IMG/VR virus record: IMGVR_UViG_3300020045_003845
Location: 1-28,165 of that record
Source of the DNA: a virus
Lineage: Duplodnaviria; Caudoviricetes
Direction: 5' to 3' (one strand)
DNA: 28,165 nucleotides
Each line of letters opens with the position of its first letter. The stretch's first letter is position 1. The notes below the pieces were generated by a model. It did no database searches, was not told where the DNA came from, and saw only the letters and a list, made by a program, of their open reading frames with translations. This document shows, piece after piece, positions 1 to 6,603 of the stretch. A program made the position numbers and the translations under genes.

Positions 1-2
1 TT

Positions 3-98
3 GATAAAAAAGTAGCAGTGTATGTAAAACACGCTAAGACTTCAACCGAAGCAGCAGCATGGGAGGTAAGAGGCGAAAACGCAAAGAAATTAGCTTAA
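3..98 (+). CDS. 3' end of a gene truncated by the window edge (...DKKVAVYVKHAKTSTEAAAWEVRGENAKKLA*)
   Basis: Open frame from the window start to TAA at 96-98, on the same strand as neighbouring genes. Confidence 0.55.
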   Translation, partial: DKKVAVYVKHAKTSTEAAAWEVRGENAKKLA

Positions 99-107
99 CC
101 ACACTTT

Positions 108-144
108 AGTAGGTGGTAAAATCGAAAGAGAGTAGCCGCTTACT
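108..144 (+). other. Intergenic RNA hairpin with GAAA tetraloop and loop-E-like internal loop
   Basis: AGTAGGTGGT (108-117) pairs with GCCGCTTACT (135-144) using G-U pairs; inner AAAA/GAGTA loop; TC-GAAA-GA cap. Confidence 0.45.
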
Positions 145-194
145 GTAACTAGATTAACAACGAGGCATTTGTCCTCAGATAAACGAAACAAATT

Positions 195-542
195 ATGGAA
201 AAAACATTTGGGGTGTTCTCAAAACACTTTACGCTAATCGAAGCGTTTAAAAAAGAAGCAGAAAAATTGGGGTGGACCTACAACTGTTCATTTAACGAGT
301 TTTCCGAAAACAAATTCAATGGCGGTAGAAATTTGCATTTTGAACGATATTGGGATGTAGATGACGATTATTTATTCTCATTATCTTCAACTTCAAAAAA
401 TCACCCTTGCCTATATTTGCCACAAGATTGGAATGAGGCGATTGCTTTGTTAAATAAGCCCATCATTACCGAGGTAACGATTTTGGACATTGCACGATGG
501 AAGGGCGTTAGTGTTGAAAATATTAGAGTTAAATATAAATAG
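195..542 (+). CDS. Hypothetical phage protein
   Basis: 115-aa ORF with A-rich start context; C-terminal EVTILDIARWKGVSVENIRV resembles a short motif common at the end of phage proteins. Confidence 0.8.
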   Translation: MEKTFGVFSKHFTLIEAFKKEAEKLGWTYNCSFNEFSENKFNGGRNLHFERYWDVDDDYLFSLSSTSKNHPCLYLPQDWNEAIALLNKPIITEVTILDIARWKGVSVENIRVKYK

Positions 543-557
543 AAACACCGCTGTTAG

Positions 558-617
558 AAGTGAGTAGCTAATAGCTTTGTTTTCAAAGTGGGCGGTGGTT
601 CTAGCCCGCCCACACAT
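558..617 (+). ncRNA. Degenerate tRNA-like element or GC-rich hairpin directly upstream of the tRNA
   Basis: TAGCT D-arm start and T-arm-like GGTGG-TTCTAGC-CCGCC; acceptor pairs only 5/7; competing 8-bp hairpin GTGGGCGG/CCGCCCAC. Confidence 0.3.
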
Positions 618-691
618 GGGGAGGTAGCTCAGCGGCTAGAGCGGTTGCCTTTTAAACCAACAGGACGGTGGTTCGAGTCCATCCCTCCCCA
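618..691 (+). tRNA. tRNA with aberrant enlarged anticodon loop, most likely derived from tRNA-Lys(UUU)
   Basis: Acceptor GGGGAGG/CCTCCCC; D arm GCTC-AGCGGCTA-GAGC; anticodon stem GTTG/CAAC closing CCTTTTAAAC; T arm GGTGG-TTCGAGT-CCATC; discriminator A; no encoded CCA. Confidence 0.8.
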
Positions 692-695
692 CACA

Positions 696-811
696 TCGCG
701 GCACATAAAAGCCCTTGAGATGATTAGTTGAAATCGGTACGCGCCACACGGTACGGTGGCTCACCAAGAACGGAGTGACGTACGGGCAATACTTGCTGCC
801 ACACTATGCGA
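696..811 (+). ncRNA. Putative multibranch structured ncRNA
   Basis: GC-rich non-coding stretch with nested stems GCGGCA/TGCTGC, GCCC/GGGC, GTACG/CGTAC, GCCAC/GTGGC and TCAC/GTGA. Confidence 0.35.
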
Positions 812-815
812 GGGT

Positions 816-844
816 AAACGTGAGGGGTGATAGCCTCACGTTTT
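816..844 (+). terminator. Stable hairpin, possible intrinsic terminator or processing site ending the ncRNA cluster
   Basis: 10-bp stem AAACGTGAGG/CCTCACGTTT, loop GGTGATAG, short T run. Confidence 0.5.
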
Positions 845-865
845 AAAAGTCAAATTCACAAAAAA

Positions 866-1039
866 ATGAACGATAAAATAGTAAAACCGAAAACCGAAAA
901 CGCCACCTATATGAGAGAGGATGGGCATTCTAACAAGATACAACTAGCTTGTATTACAAGGGGTAAAAGGGAGTCGATGAGCGACTACATAAATAACGCT
1001 GTAAATATTCAGCTAAAAAAAGATGGGATAATTAAGTAA
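866..1039 (+). CDS. Small putative ribbon-helix-helix DNA-binding protein (ATG 866 preferred over GTG 827)
   Basis: KRESMSDYINNAV helix pattern typical of CopG/Arc-like proteins; GTG 827 lies inside a hairpin loop. Confidence 0.6.
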   Translation: MNDKIVKPKTENATYMREDGHSNKIQLACITRGKRESMSDYINNAVNIQLKKDGIIK

Positions 1040-1057
1040 CCTTAACCAAATATAATT

Positions 1058-1297
1058 ATGAAACACACACACGGAGAATGGGTTCAAGAGTCAACAAATG
1101 TAATGACTTCGGCTAGATTAATTGCAAACTGCAATGGAAATGGATCTAAGGTTACGGATGAAGATTTAAACAACGCCAAACTAATTGCAGCAGCTCCCAA
1201 TATGTTAGAAGCATTAATTGAGGTATTGCCAATGCTGTTAGACACGCATGATACTGCAATAAAGATTAAATACGCAATCAACAAAGCCACCATTTAA
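1058..1297 (+). CDS. Conserved hypothetical phage protein (MKHTxGxW...NAxLIAAAP family)
   Basis: Motifs MKHTHGEW and NAKLIAAAPNMLEAL. Confidence 0.85.
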   Translation: MKHTHGEWVQESTNVMTSARLIANCNGNGSKVTDEDLNNAKLIAAAPNMLEALIEVLPMLLDTHDTAIKIKYAINKATI

Positions 1298-1309
1298 CCA
1301 CAACCAACC

Positions 1310-1552
1310 ATGACTAAATGTATAGTATTAGGCGAACAGCCGAAAGAAGAAAGTAAAAAACCGATTGAGTTTAAGCATTATATAACGTACGACTTAGACA
1401 AATCAACCCCATGCGACCCACGTCAATATAAAAACATTGAATTGATTAGACCAAATTATACAAAAGAGGGATATGATTTAATGTTTGCTTATGACCACAA
1501 TAGAAGTTTTGGCGGTTTATACCTAGGGCATTGGAATGACGGAGTAGTATGA
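1310..1552 (+). CDS. Hypothetical protein
   Basis: 80-aa ORF with ATGA overlap to the next gene. Confidence 0.8.
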   Translation: MTKCIVLGEQPKEESKKPIEFKHYITYDLDKSTPCDPRQYKNIELIRPNYTKEGYDLMFAYDHNRSFGGLYLGHWNDGVV

Positions 1553-1788
1553 TCACCCCCTACAAATGCATGAAATGCGGACATAAGTTTGTTTCATTTG
1601 AGCAAACAGACTGCCCAAAGTGCGGTGGACACACTTACAACGACAGCAACGAGTATGTTGATACTGTTGGTAGGTTAGGTTTAATTAAGCGAACCACACC
1701 AGAAGAATTAGAAGCTACAAGGGCTTATATTGAATCACAAAATAAAAAACCTGAGCATATTTTTGAACAATTAAAAAAGGATTTATAA
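1549..1788 (+). CDS. Zinc-ribbon protein
   Basis: YKCMKCGH...CPKCGG CxxC pairs; overlapping start and stop with neighbours. Confidence 0.8.
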   Translation: MITPYKCMKCGHKFVSFEQTDCPKCGGHTYNDSNEYVDTVGRLGLIKRTTPEELEATRAYIESQNKKPEHIFEQLKKDL

Positions 1789-1982
1789 TGAGCATGAAAA
1801 ATATTTTAGGAATGTCGGCCATGTATGCGTTACTTGGCACACAACCGTTTAACGAACGAAAATATGCGGCTAATAGTAATGTTAATTGTGGAGTAGACCC
1901 CAAACCAAACCGAAGGCGTGCAAAACCAAACACATTTAAGAAATCAAAGAAGCGTAAAAATAAAACTCAATATTTGAAATAA
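1788..1982 (+). CDS. Hypothetical basic protein
   Basis: TAATG coupling to the upstream gene; K/R-rich C-terminus. Confidence 0.65.
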   Translation: MSMKNILGMSAMYALLGTQPFNERKYAANSNVNCGVDPKPNRRRAKPNTFKKSKKRKNKTQYLK

Positions 1983-1984
1983 TT

Positions 1985-2122
1985 ATGGCACAACCAACAC
2001 AACAGCCACCATTTAATGAGTGGGTAAAGTACATCAAAAGAATGGCTAATAAAACCAAGCATGAGTTAAGTGCTGGCGATATTAAAAGACCATTCACAAT
2101 ACGTATAAAGTATGAAAGCTAA
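1985..2122 (+). CDS. Small hypothetical protein (45 aa, MAQPTQQPPFNEWVKYIK...), not in the ORF track
   Basis: ATG 2 nt after the upstream stop; fills the operon gap. Confidence 0.6.
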   Translation: MAQPTQQPPFNEWVKYIKRMANKTKHELSAGDIKRPFTIRIKYES

Positions 2123-2270
2123 TTGGACAATAAGCGGAAACAGAAACGGCAAACAAGCCACGTTTGAAAGGATTGGCAATCGTTTTTTTGTAAACAAATG
2201 TGACGGTAATTGTCATTCTACCGAAAACCAAAAGAATGCACGAAAATTGTTTTTAAACTATTTGAAATGA
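2112..2270 (+). CDS. Small hypothetical protein (52 aa, MKANWTISGNRNGKQ...), not in the ORF track
   Basis: Overlaps the upstream gene; its TGA overlaps ATG 2267 (ATGA). Confidence 0.6.
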   Translation: MKANWTISGNRNGKQATFERIGNRFFVNKCDGNCHSTENQKNARKLFLNYLK

Positions 2271-2695
2271 CAAATGTTCCAACACACATAAATGCTTTCG
2301 TTGTCGAGTTTATGGACTACGTGTATGCAACTAAAAAAATACATCTTAATGATTTTTACGAGTCGTTTTTGGGCCAAAAATATGCAAATATTGATTATAA
2401 TACTGCTATGGCTTGCGCTGCTGAATCATGCGGTATAACAATTGCTGAAATTAAAGGAAAAACGAGAGATAGGAATGTTGTAAACGCAAGAAGGTTATTT
2501 GCTGTTTATTCGCGGCATAATGGTATGACACTGAAAAGAATTGGAATGTTTTTAGGAGATAGGGACCATTCAAGTATATTGCATTTATTGCAATCGCATG
2601 AAGATTTATCCACTTATGAGGCTGGTTATCGTAGACTATTTAAGTCATTTGAAGATTTAGTTTTAATAAGACAAAAGGACTATGAGCGAATATAA
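2267..2695 (+). CDS. DnaA domain IV (Bac_DnaA_C)-like helix-turn-helix protein
   Basis: IAEIKGKTRDRNVVNARR...MTLKRIGMFLGDRDHSSILH matches the DnaA C-terminal signature; start inferred from ATGA coupling. Confidence 0.85.
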   Translation: MTNVPTHINAFVVEFMDYVYATKKIHLNDFYESFLGQKYANIDYNTAMACAAESCGITIAEIKGKTRDRNVVNARRLFAVYSRHNGMTLKRIGMFLGDRDHSSILHLLQSHEDLSTYEAGYRRLFKSFEDLVLIRQKDYERI

Positions 2696-2879
2696 ATGCA
2701 TTGGTTGTTACCCTGCAAAAGAAGTAACAATATCGCTACATGAGCGAACGGTTGATGATAGTTATTACATCAAAATTTCTACGCCTAATTACGACCAATA
2801 CGAGTACGTTGTTGGCAAGGAAAACGCTGAAAAATATTACAACAAACAAATTAAAAAATCAGAACAACTTAAAAAATAA
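2682..2879 (+). CDS. Hypothetical protein
   Basis: 65-aa ORF overlapping the upstream gene end. Confidence 0.65.
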   Translation: MSEYKCIGCYPAKEVTISLHERTVDDSYYIKISTPNYDQYEYVVGKENAEKYYNKQIKKSEQLKK

Positions 2880-2883
2880 CACC

Positions 2884-2967
2884 ATGTGGATAGCATCATT
2901 AATATTCGGATTTTGGGTAATAGGGTTTGTTTGAATAGCTCACAAAGGAAAACGTAATAATAAATAA
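2884..2967 (+). pseudogene. Small membrane peptide interrupted by an in-frame TGA
   Basis: MWIASLIFGFWVIGFV*IAHKGKRNNK*: hydrophobic helix then basic tail in the same frame, filling the operon gap. Confidence 0.4.
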
Positions 2968-2978
2968 CAGTAAAAAAC

Positions 2979-3914
2979 ATGACATTAATAAACATTAGAC
3001 CAGCCCAAAGGGGCGAGAGTAAAGCTGTTTTAGGAATAGCAGGAACATCAGGAAGTGGCAAAACATACACAGCACTATTAATTGCTCGTGGAATGGTGGA
3101 TAAAGCCTCAGAAATAGGTTTTTTAGACACCGAAAACAAAAGAGGTTCAATGTATGCTGATATTTTGGACGGACAGTTTATGATTGGGGATTTGTACCCA
3201 CCATTTTCCCCACAAAGATACAGCGAGGCAATTAAAGAGTTTCAAAAAGCAGGAGTTAAAGTACTTGTAATTGATAGTGTTACCCACGAATGGGAGGGTG
3301 AAGGTGGTTGTGATGATATTGCAAACGCACCTTTAGCAGCGGGTAAACGCATGGCTGATTGGGTCGGCGCAAAACGTGGACATAAAGCGTTTATGAACAC
3401 TATGCTCCAATGTAATATGCACATTATTTGTTGCATTAGAGCGAGAGAAAAAACAGACTTCAAAAACCCCAAAGAGCCCGTTTCGTTAGGATTACAACCC
3501 ATCTGTGAAAAGAATTTCATGTTTGAAATGACAGCTTCGTTATTAATGAAAGAAGAAGGTAAGGAACAATCATTTTTGAAGATGCCGTCATTCCTTAAAG
3601 GAGCGTTCGGAAGTGGAAAAGGTTATCTGGGTAGAGAAACGGGAGAAAAGATAATGGAGTGGATTAAAACGGGGGAGAAAGAAGACCCAGAGGTAACAAA
3701 AATTAAATCTGAACTACTTATGGCTTGTGAGTTTGGGATAGCGGGCTTAACGAGTTTGTGGGATAGCTTAACAGATGCACAAAAACTCAAAATGAAGCCA
3801 CATTTTTCAGTATATAAAGAATCTGCTTTAGCTTATGACAAGCAAGTTGCGGATGCTTCCGATGGTAACTCTGAAAATATATCAACAAAACCTAACGCTG
3901 ATAAACTAAAATGA
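2979..3914 (+). CDS. AAA_24 / Sak4-like P-loop ATPase (recombination, ssDNA annealing)
   Basis: Walker A GTSGSGKT, FLDTE, Walker B VLVIDSVTHEW; adjacent to an exonuclease gene. Confidence 0.85.
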   Translation: MTLINIRPAQRGESKAVLGIAGTSGSGKTYTALLIARGMVDKASEIGFLDTENKRGSMYADILDGQFMIGDLYPPFSPQRYSEAIKEFQKAGVKVLVIDSVTHEWEGEGGCDDIANAPLAAGKRMADWVGAKRGHKAFMNTMLQCNMHIICCIRAREKTDFKNPKEPVSLGLQPICEKNFMFEMTASLLMKEEGKEQSFLKMPSFLKGAFGSGKGYLGRETGEKIMEWIKTGEKEDPEVTKIKSELLMACEFGIAGLTSLWDSLTDAQKLKMKPHFSVYKESALAYDKQVADASDGNSENISTKPNADKLK

Positions 3915-4591
3915 TACAACGAAGGATATTTAACGATAAAGAAAAGTGGCGTGAGTTTCGTGCTGGATATTTCACAGCTAGCGAATCTGTTAAGCTTCTA
4001 TCAGAACCAAAGTTAAAAGCTGATAAAGAGGCGGGTAATCTATCGGACGGTGCAATGACTTATGTAATTGAACGTGCAGCAGAAAAAGAAGCCCCTTTAG
4101 AGCCTGACTTCTATAATTCAAAAATGGAACGGGGCAATGAAGTAGAGCCACAAGCTGCACTCGCAATAGCTGAAAAGTTTGGATTAGATGTAAATTCAGA
4201 TGATTTTATCTACACAAGTGAGGGCGGGTCGGTATTCTTTTTTGACGATGAGTTTAATGCTGGAAGCACGCCCGATGTGATACTTAAAGAGGATATTTGT
4301 GAGATTAAATGCCCAGATAGCAAACAGCACTTAGCCTACATGCTTGTAAAAACAGCCGAACAATTGAAAGATAATTACCTAAAAATATACAATCAAATAC
4401 AGCAAAATATTTGGCTCGCTGAAAAGAAAGGCGGATGGTTTATATCATTTGATGATAGGTTTTACAATAAAAAACTACACGCTCACTTTGTGCGTATACC
4501 TAAAGATGAAGAACATTTGGCGCACCTAAAAACAAAGCTAAAAAAAGCGAAATCCGTGCAAGAGGAAATTTTAACAACAATTAACGCATGA
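3911..4591 (+). CDS. YqaJ / lambda-exonuclease family recombination nuclease
   Basis: WREFRAGYFTASE, MERGNEVEPQA, GSTPD, EIKCP, YNQIQ and FISFDDR motifs. Confidence 0.9.
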   Translation: MIQRRIFNDKEKWREFRAGYFTASESVKLLSEPKLKADKEAGNLSDGAMTYVIERAAEKEAPLEPDFYNSKMERGNEVEPQAALAIAEKFGLDVNSDDFIYTSEGGSVFFFDDEFNAGSTPDVILKEDICEIKCPDSKQHLAYMLVKTAEQLKDNYLKIYNQIQQNIWLAEKKGGWFISFDDRFYNKKLHAHFVRIPKDEEHLAHLKTKLKKAKSVQEEILTTINA

Positions 4592-4722
4592 CCACCCTTG
4601 AATGTACAAAAACCCTACTAATACTATTTAGTGTAGTAGGAGGTCCCGAGCACGAAACCCCCACTATTGGCAATACCTTTTTAGCCGTAGTGCTTTTCGG
4701 TGTTAAAAATTTCAAACTTTAA
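4588..4722 (+). CDS. 44-aa chimeric ORF: N-terminus of a small membrane gene fused to the inserted repeat
   Basis: ATGA coupling to the exonuclease; MTTLECTKTLLILFSVVGG then reads through the repeat remnant. Confidence 0.4.
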   Translation: MTTLECTKTLLILFSVVGGPEHETPTIGNTFLAVVLFGVKNFKL

Positions 4723-5272
4723 ATAAACATAGAAATGAATAGTAAAATTATTGGCTTTGCAATAGAAGCTCACAACAAAACAAATCATCTTTATGATGGC
4801 AAACCTTATTCACTTCATTTGGCTATGGTATCAATGTATGCAATGAAATATATTGATTTTATACCTTCAAAAGAAGCAAGAGAAAATGTATTAAATGCTT
4901 GTTGGTTGCACGATACAATAGAAGATTGTCGTTTAACATACAATGATATTTTAAAAGTTGCTGGTGAAGATGTCGCAAATATTGTTTATGCAGTTTCAAA
5001 TGAAAAAGGCAAAAACAGAAAAGAAAGAGCAAACGATTTATATTATTTCGGGATTAGAAATACCGCTTGGGCTACTTATGTAAAATTCTGTGATAGATTG
5101 GCAAATGTCAAATATTCAAAAGATACAAATTCAAAAATGCTTTCAGTTTATCAAAAAGAAAATGTGGAATTTGTAAAAGCACTTTGCCCTGATAATAATT
5201 CACTCCATAATTATAATAAAATGATTTTGGAACTTGATGAGTTGTTGGGTGTTTCGTAGCATTACGGCTAAC
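4646..5272. mobile_element. Putative integron-cassette-like insertion carrying the HD gene
   Basis: 14-bp inverted repeat TTAGCCGTAGTGCT (4681-4694) / AGCATTACGGCTAA (5258-5271) with one mismatch; GCTAAC core at the right end; removing the segment restores a membrane peptide ORF. Confidence 0.5.
4735..5259 (+). CDS. HD-domain phosphohydrolase, SpoT/Mesh1-like small alarmone hydrolase
   Basis: AIEAH...YDGKPYSLHL...ACWLHDTIED...VKFCDRLAN motifs. Confidence 0.85.
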   Translation: MNSKIIGFAIEAHNKTNHLYDGKPYSLHLAMVSMYAMKYIDFIPSKEARENVLNACWLHDTIEDCRLTYNDILKVAGEDVANIVYAVSNEKGKNRKERANDLYYFGIRNTAWATYVKFCDRLANVKYSKDTNSKMLSVYQKENVEFVKALCPDNNSLHNYNKMILELDELLGVS

Positions 5273-5307
5273 GACTTTCTTCCTTCACCTAAAAGTATAG
5301 CACACCA

Positions 5308-5583
5308 ATGAAAACACAAAAACAGGCCGTACTTAGTTTTCTAATCGAAAACCTTAGTATCACGGGTAGTACATGCTACACGACAACAAGAATTAACTGC
5401 AAATGTGCCTCTTTAAATTTACACGTAATCATTCGTGAATTAGGCAAGTCAGGCGTAATCTTCAAACAACCCAAAGACTTTTACAATTCAGAAACAAAAA
5501 CACGTTTTCGTAGGCATTACATTGACTTGAAACGAACACCGAAAAAAGTTATTAACGAGATTTTAAAAACTAAACAGCCATAG
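5308..5583 (+). CDS. Putative winged-helix/HTH DNA-binding protein
   Basis: MKTQKQAVLSFL...SIT...LHVIIRELGKSG pattern of phage HTH_39-like proteins. Confidence 0.6.
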   Translation: MKTQKQAVLSFLIENLSITGSTCYTTTRINCKCASLNLHVIIRELGKSGVIFKQPKDFYNSETKTRFRRHYIDLKRTPKKVINEILKTKQP

Positions 5584-5597
5584 ACGGCAATAATATT

Positions 5598-5843
5598 ATG
5601 AAAAACAATGGATTCGAAGAAATTCAAACGGGGAGTTGGTACACGTGGAAATCAAATGGTGAAGATGTAACTATAACTGGTTACGACCCTATGAGAAAAA
5701 TACAAGTTGGAAGCAGAACTTTAGACTCGGCAATGAGAATTTGGGAAGTGTCTGAAATATCTCGCAGAAACCACGATGGAACATTTGTTGACCCGAAAAA
5801 CGCTGTTGATAGTTTTTACACCGCTAAAATTATTCGTGTTTAG
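5598..5843 (+). CDS. Hypothetical protein
   Basis: 81-aa ORF in the operon. Confidence 0.75.
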   Translation: MKNNGFEEIQTGSWYTWKSNGEDVTITGYDPMRKIQVGSRTLDSAMRIWEVSEISRRNHDGTFVDPKNAVDSFYTAKIIRV

Positions 5844-5846
5844 CCC

Positions 5847-5876
5847 TTGCACAGTTAAAAAAGAATAGTACATTTG
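5847..5876 (+). promoter_or_regulatory. Bacteroidota primary-sigma promoter (-33 TTG, -7 TACATTTG)
   Basis: TTG-N19-TAnnTTTG, intergenic, upstream of the replication genes. Confidence 0.75.
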
Positions 5877-5902
5877 TATTACCAAAATTAAATAATAAGA
5901 TA

Positions 5903-6016
5903 ATGATTTTAGAAACTTTCACATTTTTATATAGAAGCCTCGTGCCTCATTGCGCTGACCGCCTTATCTCGGCAGCGATGGTCAATGACAGCACGGGGCT
6001 TCGTTGTGCAATATAA
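5903..6016 (+). CDS. 37-aa leader peptide translationally coupled to the replication initiator
   Basis: ATG 5903 stays open through the hairpin to TAA 6014-6016, which overlaps ATG 6016 (TAATG). Confidence 0.5.
   Translation: MILETFTFLYRSLVPHCADRLISAAMVNDSTGLRCAI
5934..6002 (+). promoter_or_regulatory. Long bulged RNA hairpin in the leader of the replication operon
   Basis: GAAGCCTCGTGC/GCACGGGGCTTC, TCATTG/CAATGA, CGCTG/CAGCG, CCG/CGG, loop CCTTATCT. Confidence 0.7.
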
Positions 6017-6603
6017 TGGCTGGGCGAAAAGGGTTTAATTTTTATGTAAGTTACTATGAAGTTTTAGAAACACTATCTGATAAAGAACGGTTGCAATATT
6101 TAATGGCTATTCTCGAAAAGCAGTTTAATAATATTAACCCCGATTTGTCAAAATTGGACAAACAAGCACGTTTTGCATACGTAAGTCAAAGGCATAGTAT
6201 CGAAAATCAGATAAACGGGTTCATTCAAAAGACAAAAGAGCCGTTAACGCCCGTTACTCTAAGTACACAAGGGGGGGCTGAAAGGGTAGAAATTACCCCT
6301 ACGGCACAAGAGAAAGGGAAAGAGGAAGTACAATACGTAAGTGTTTTTACATTTGATGAATTTTGGGATTTGTACGATAAAAAAGTTGGGGATAAGAGTA
6401 GGCTAAAAAACAAGTACGACAAAATCAGCGAACCCGAAAGAGAGAAAATAAAGAATCATATTCCTAAGTACAAGTCCGCAACACCTGATAAGAAATTCAG
6501 AAAAGACCCCGAAACTTATATCAATAACAAAAGTTGGAACGATGAAATAATCGGAACAGCGCAACAACAAGCAACTGCTCAACCTAAAAACGTAATTTGG
6601 TAA
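6016..6603 (+). CDS. Putative replication initiator (replisome organiser-like)
   Basis: N-terminal KGFNFYVSYYEVLETLSDKERL; C-terminal FDEFWDLYDKKVG...RKDPETYINNKSWNDE; lies before the helicase. Confidence 0.75.
   Translation: MAGRKGFNFYVSYYEVLETLSDKERLQYLMAILEKQFNNINPDLSKLDKQARFAYVSQRHSIENQINGFIQKTKEPLTPVTLSTQGGAERVEITPTAQEKGKEEVQYVSVFTFDEFWDLYDKKVGDKSRLKNKYDKISEPEREKIKNHIPKYKSATPDKKFRKDPETYINNKSWNDEIIGTAQQQATAQPKNVIW

Noticed and set aside
648-657. Reading the tRNA anticodon as UUA (ochre suppressor), implying stop-codon recoding
   Set aside because: TAA is the dominant real stop, with many TAATG overlaps, and long conserved genes are intact in the standard code
758-768. GGCTCACCAAG match to 16S rRNA helix 11
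   Set aside because: Only 11 nt, within chance expectation, and the local fold differs from h11
711-787. Hammerhead ribozyme (TTGAGATGA...GAAA flanked by GCCC/GGGC)
   Set aside because: The core does not match CUGANGA, and neither stem II nor stem III with a UH site can be formed properly
827-865. GTG start giving a 70-aa protein
   Set aside because: The GTG lies in a hairpin loop; ATG 866 has the A-rich context used by other genes
2606-2614. DnaA-box-like TTATCCACT, and a similar site near 3095
   Set aside because: Isolated 8/9 matches inside coding sequence, expected by chance
6241-6320. Iteron-type origin inside the initiator linker (CCGTTA twice, GGGTA/TACCC)
   Set aside because: The position is plausible, but the repeats are too short and irregular to support a call
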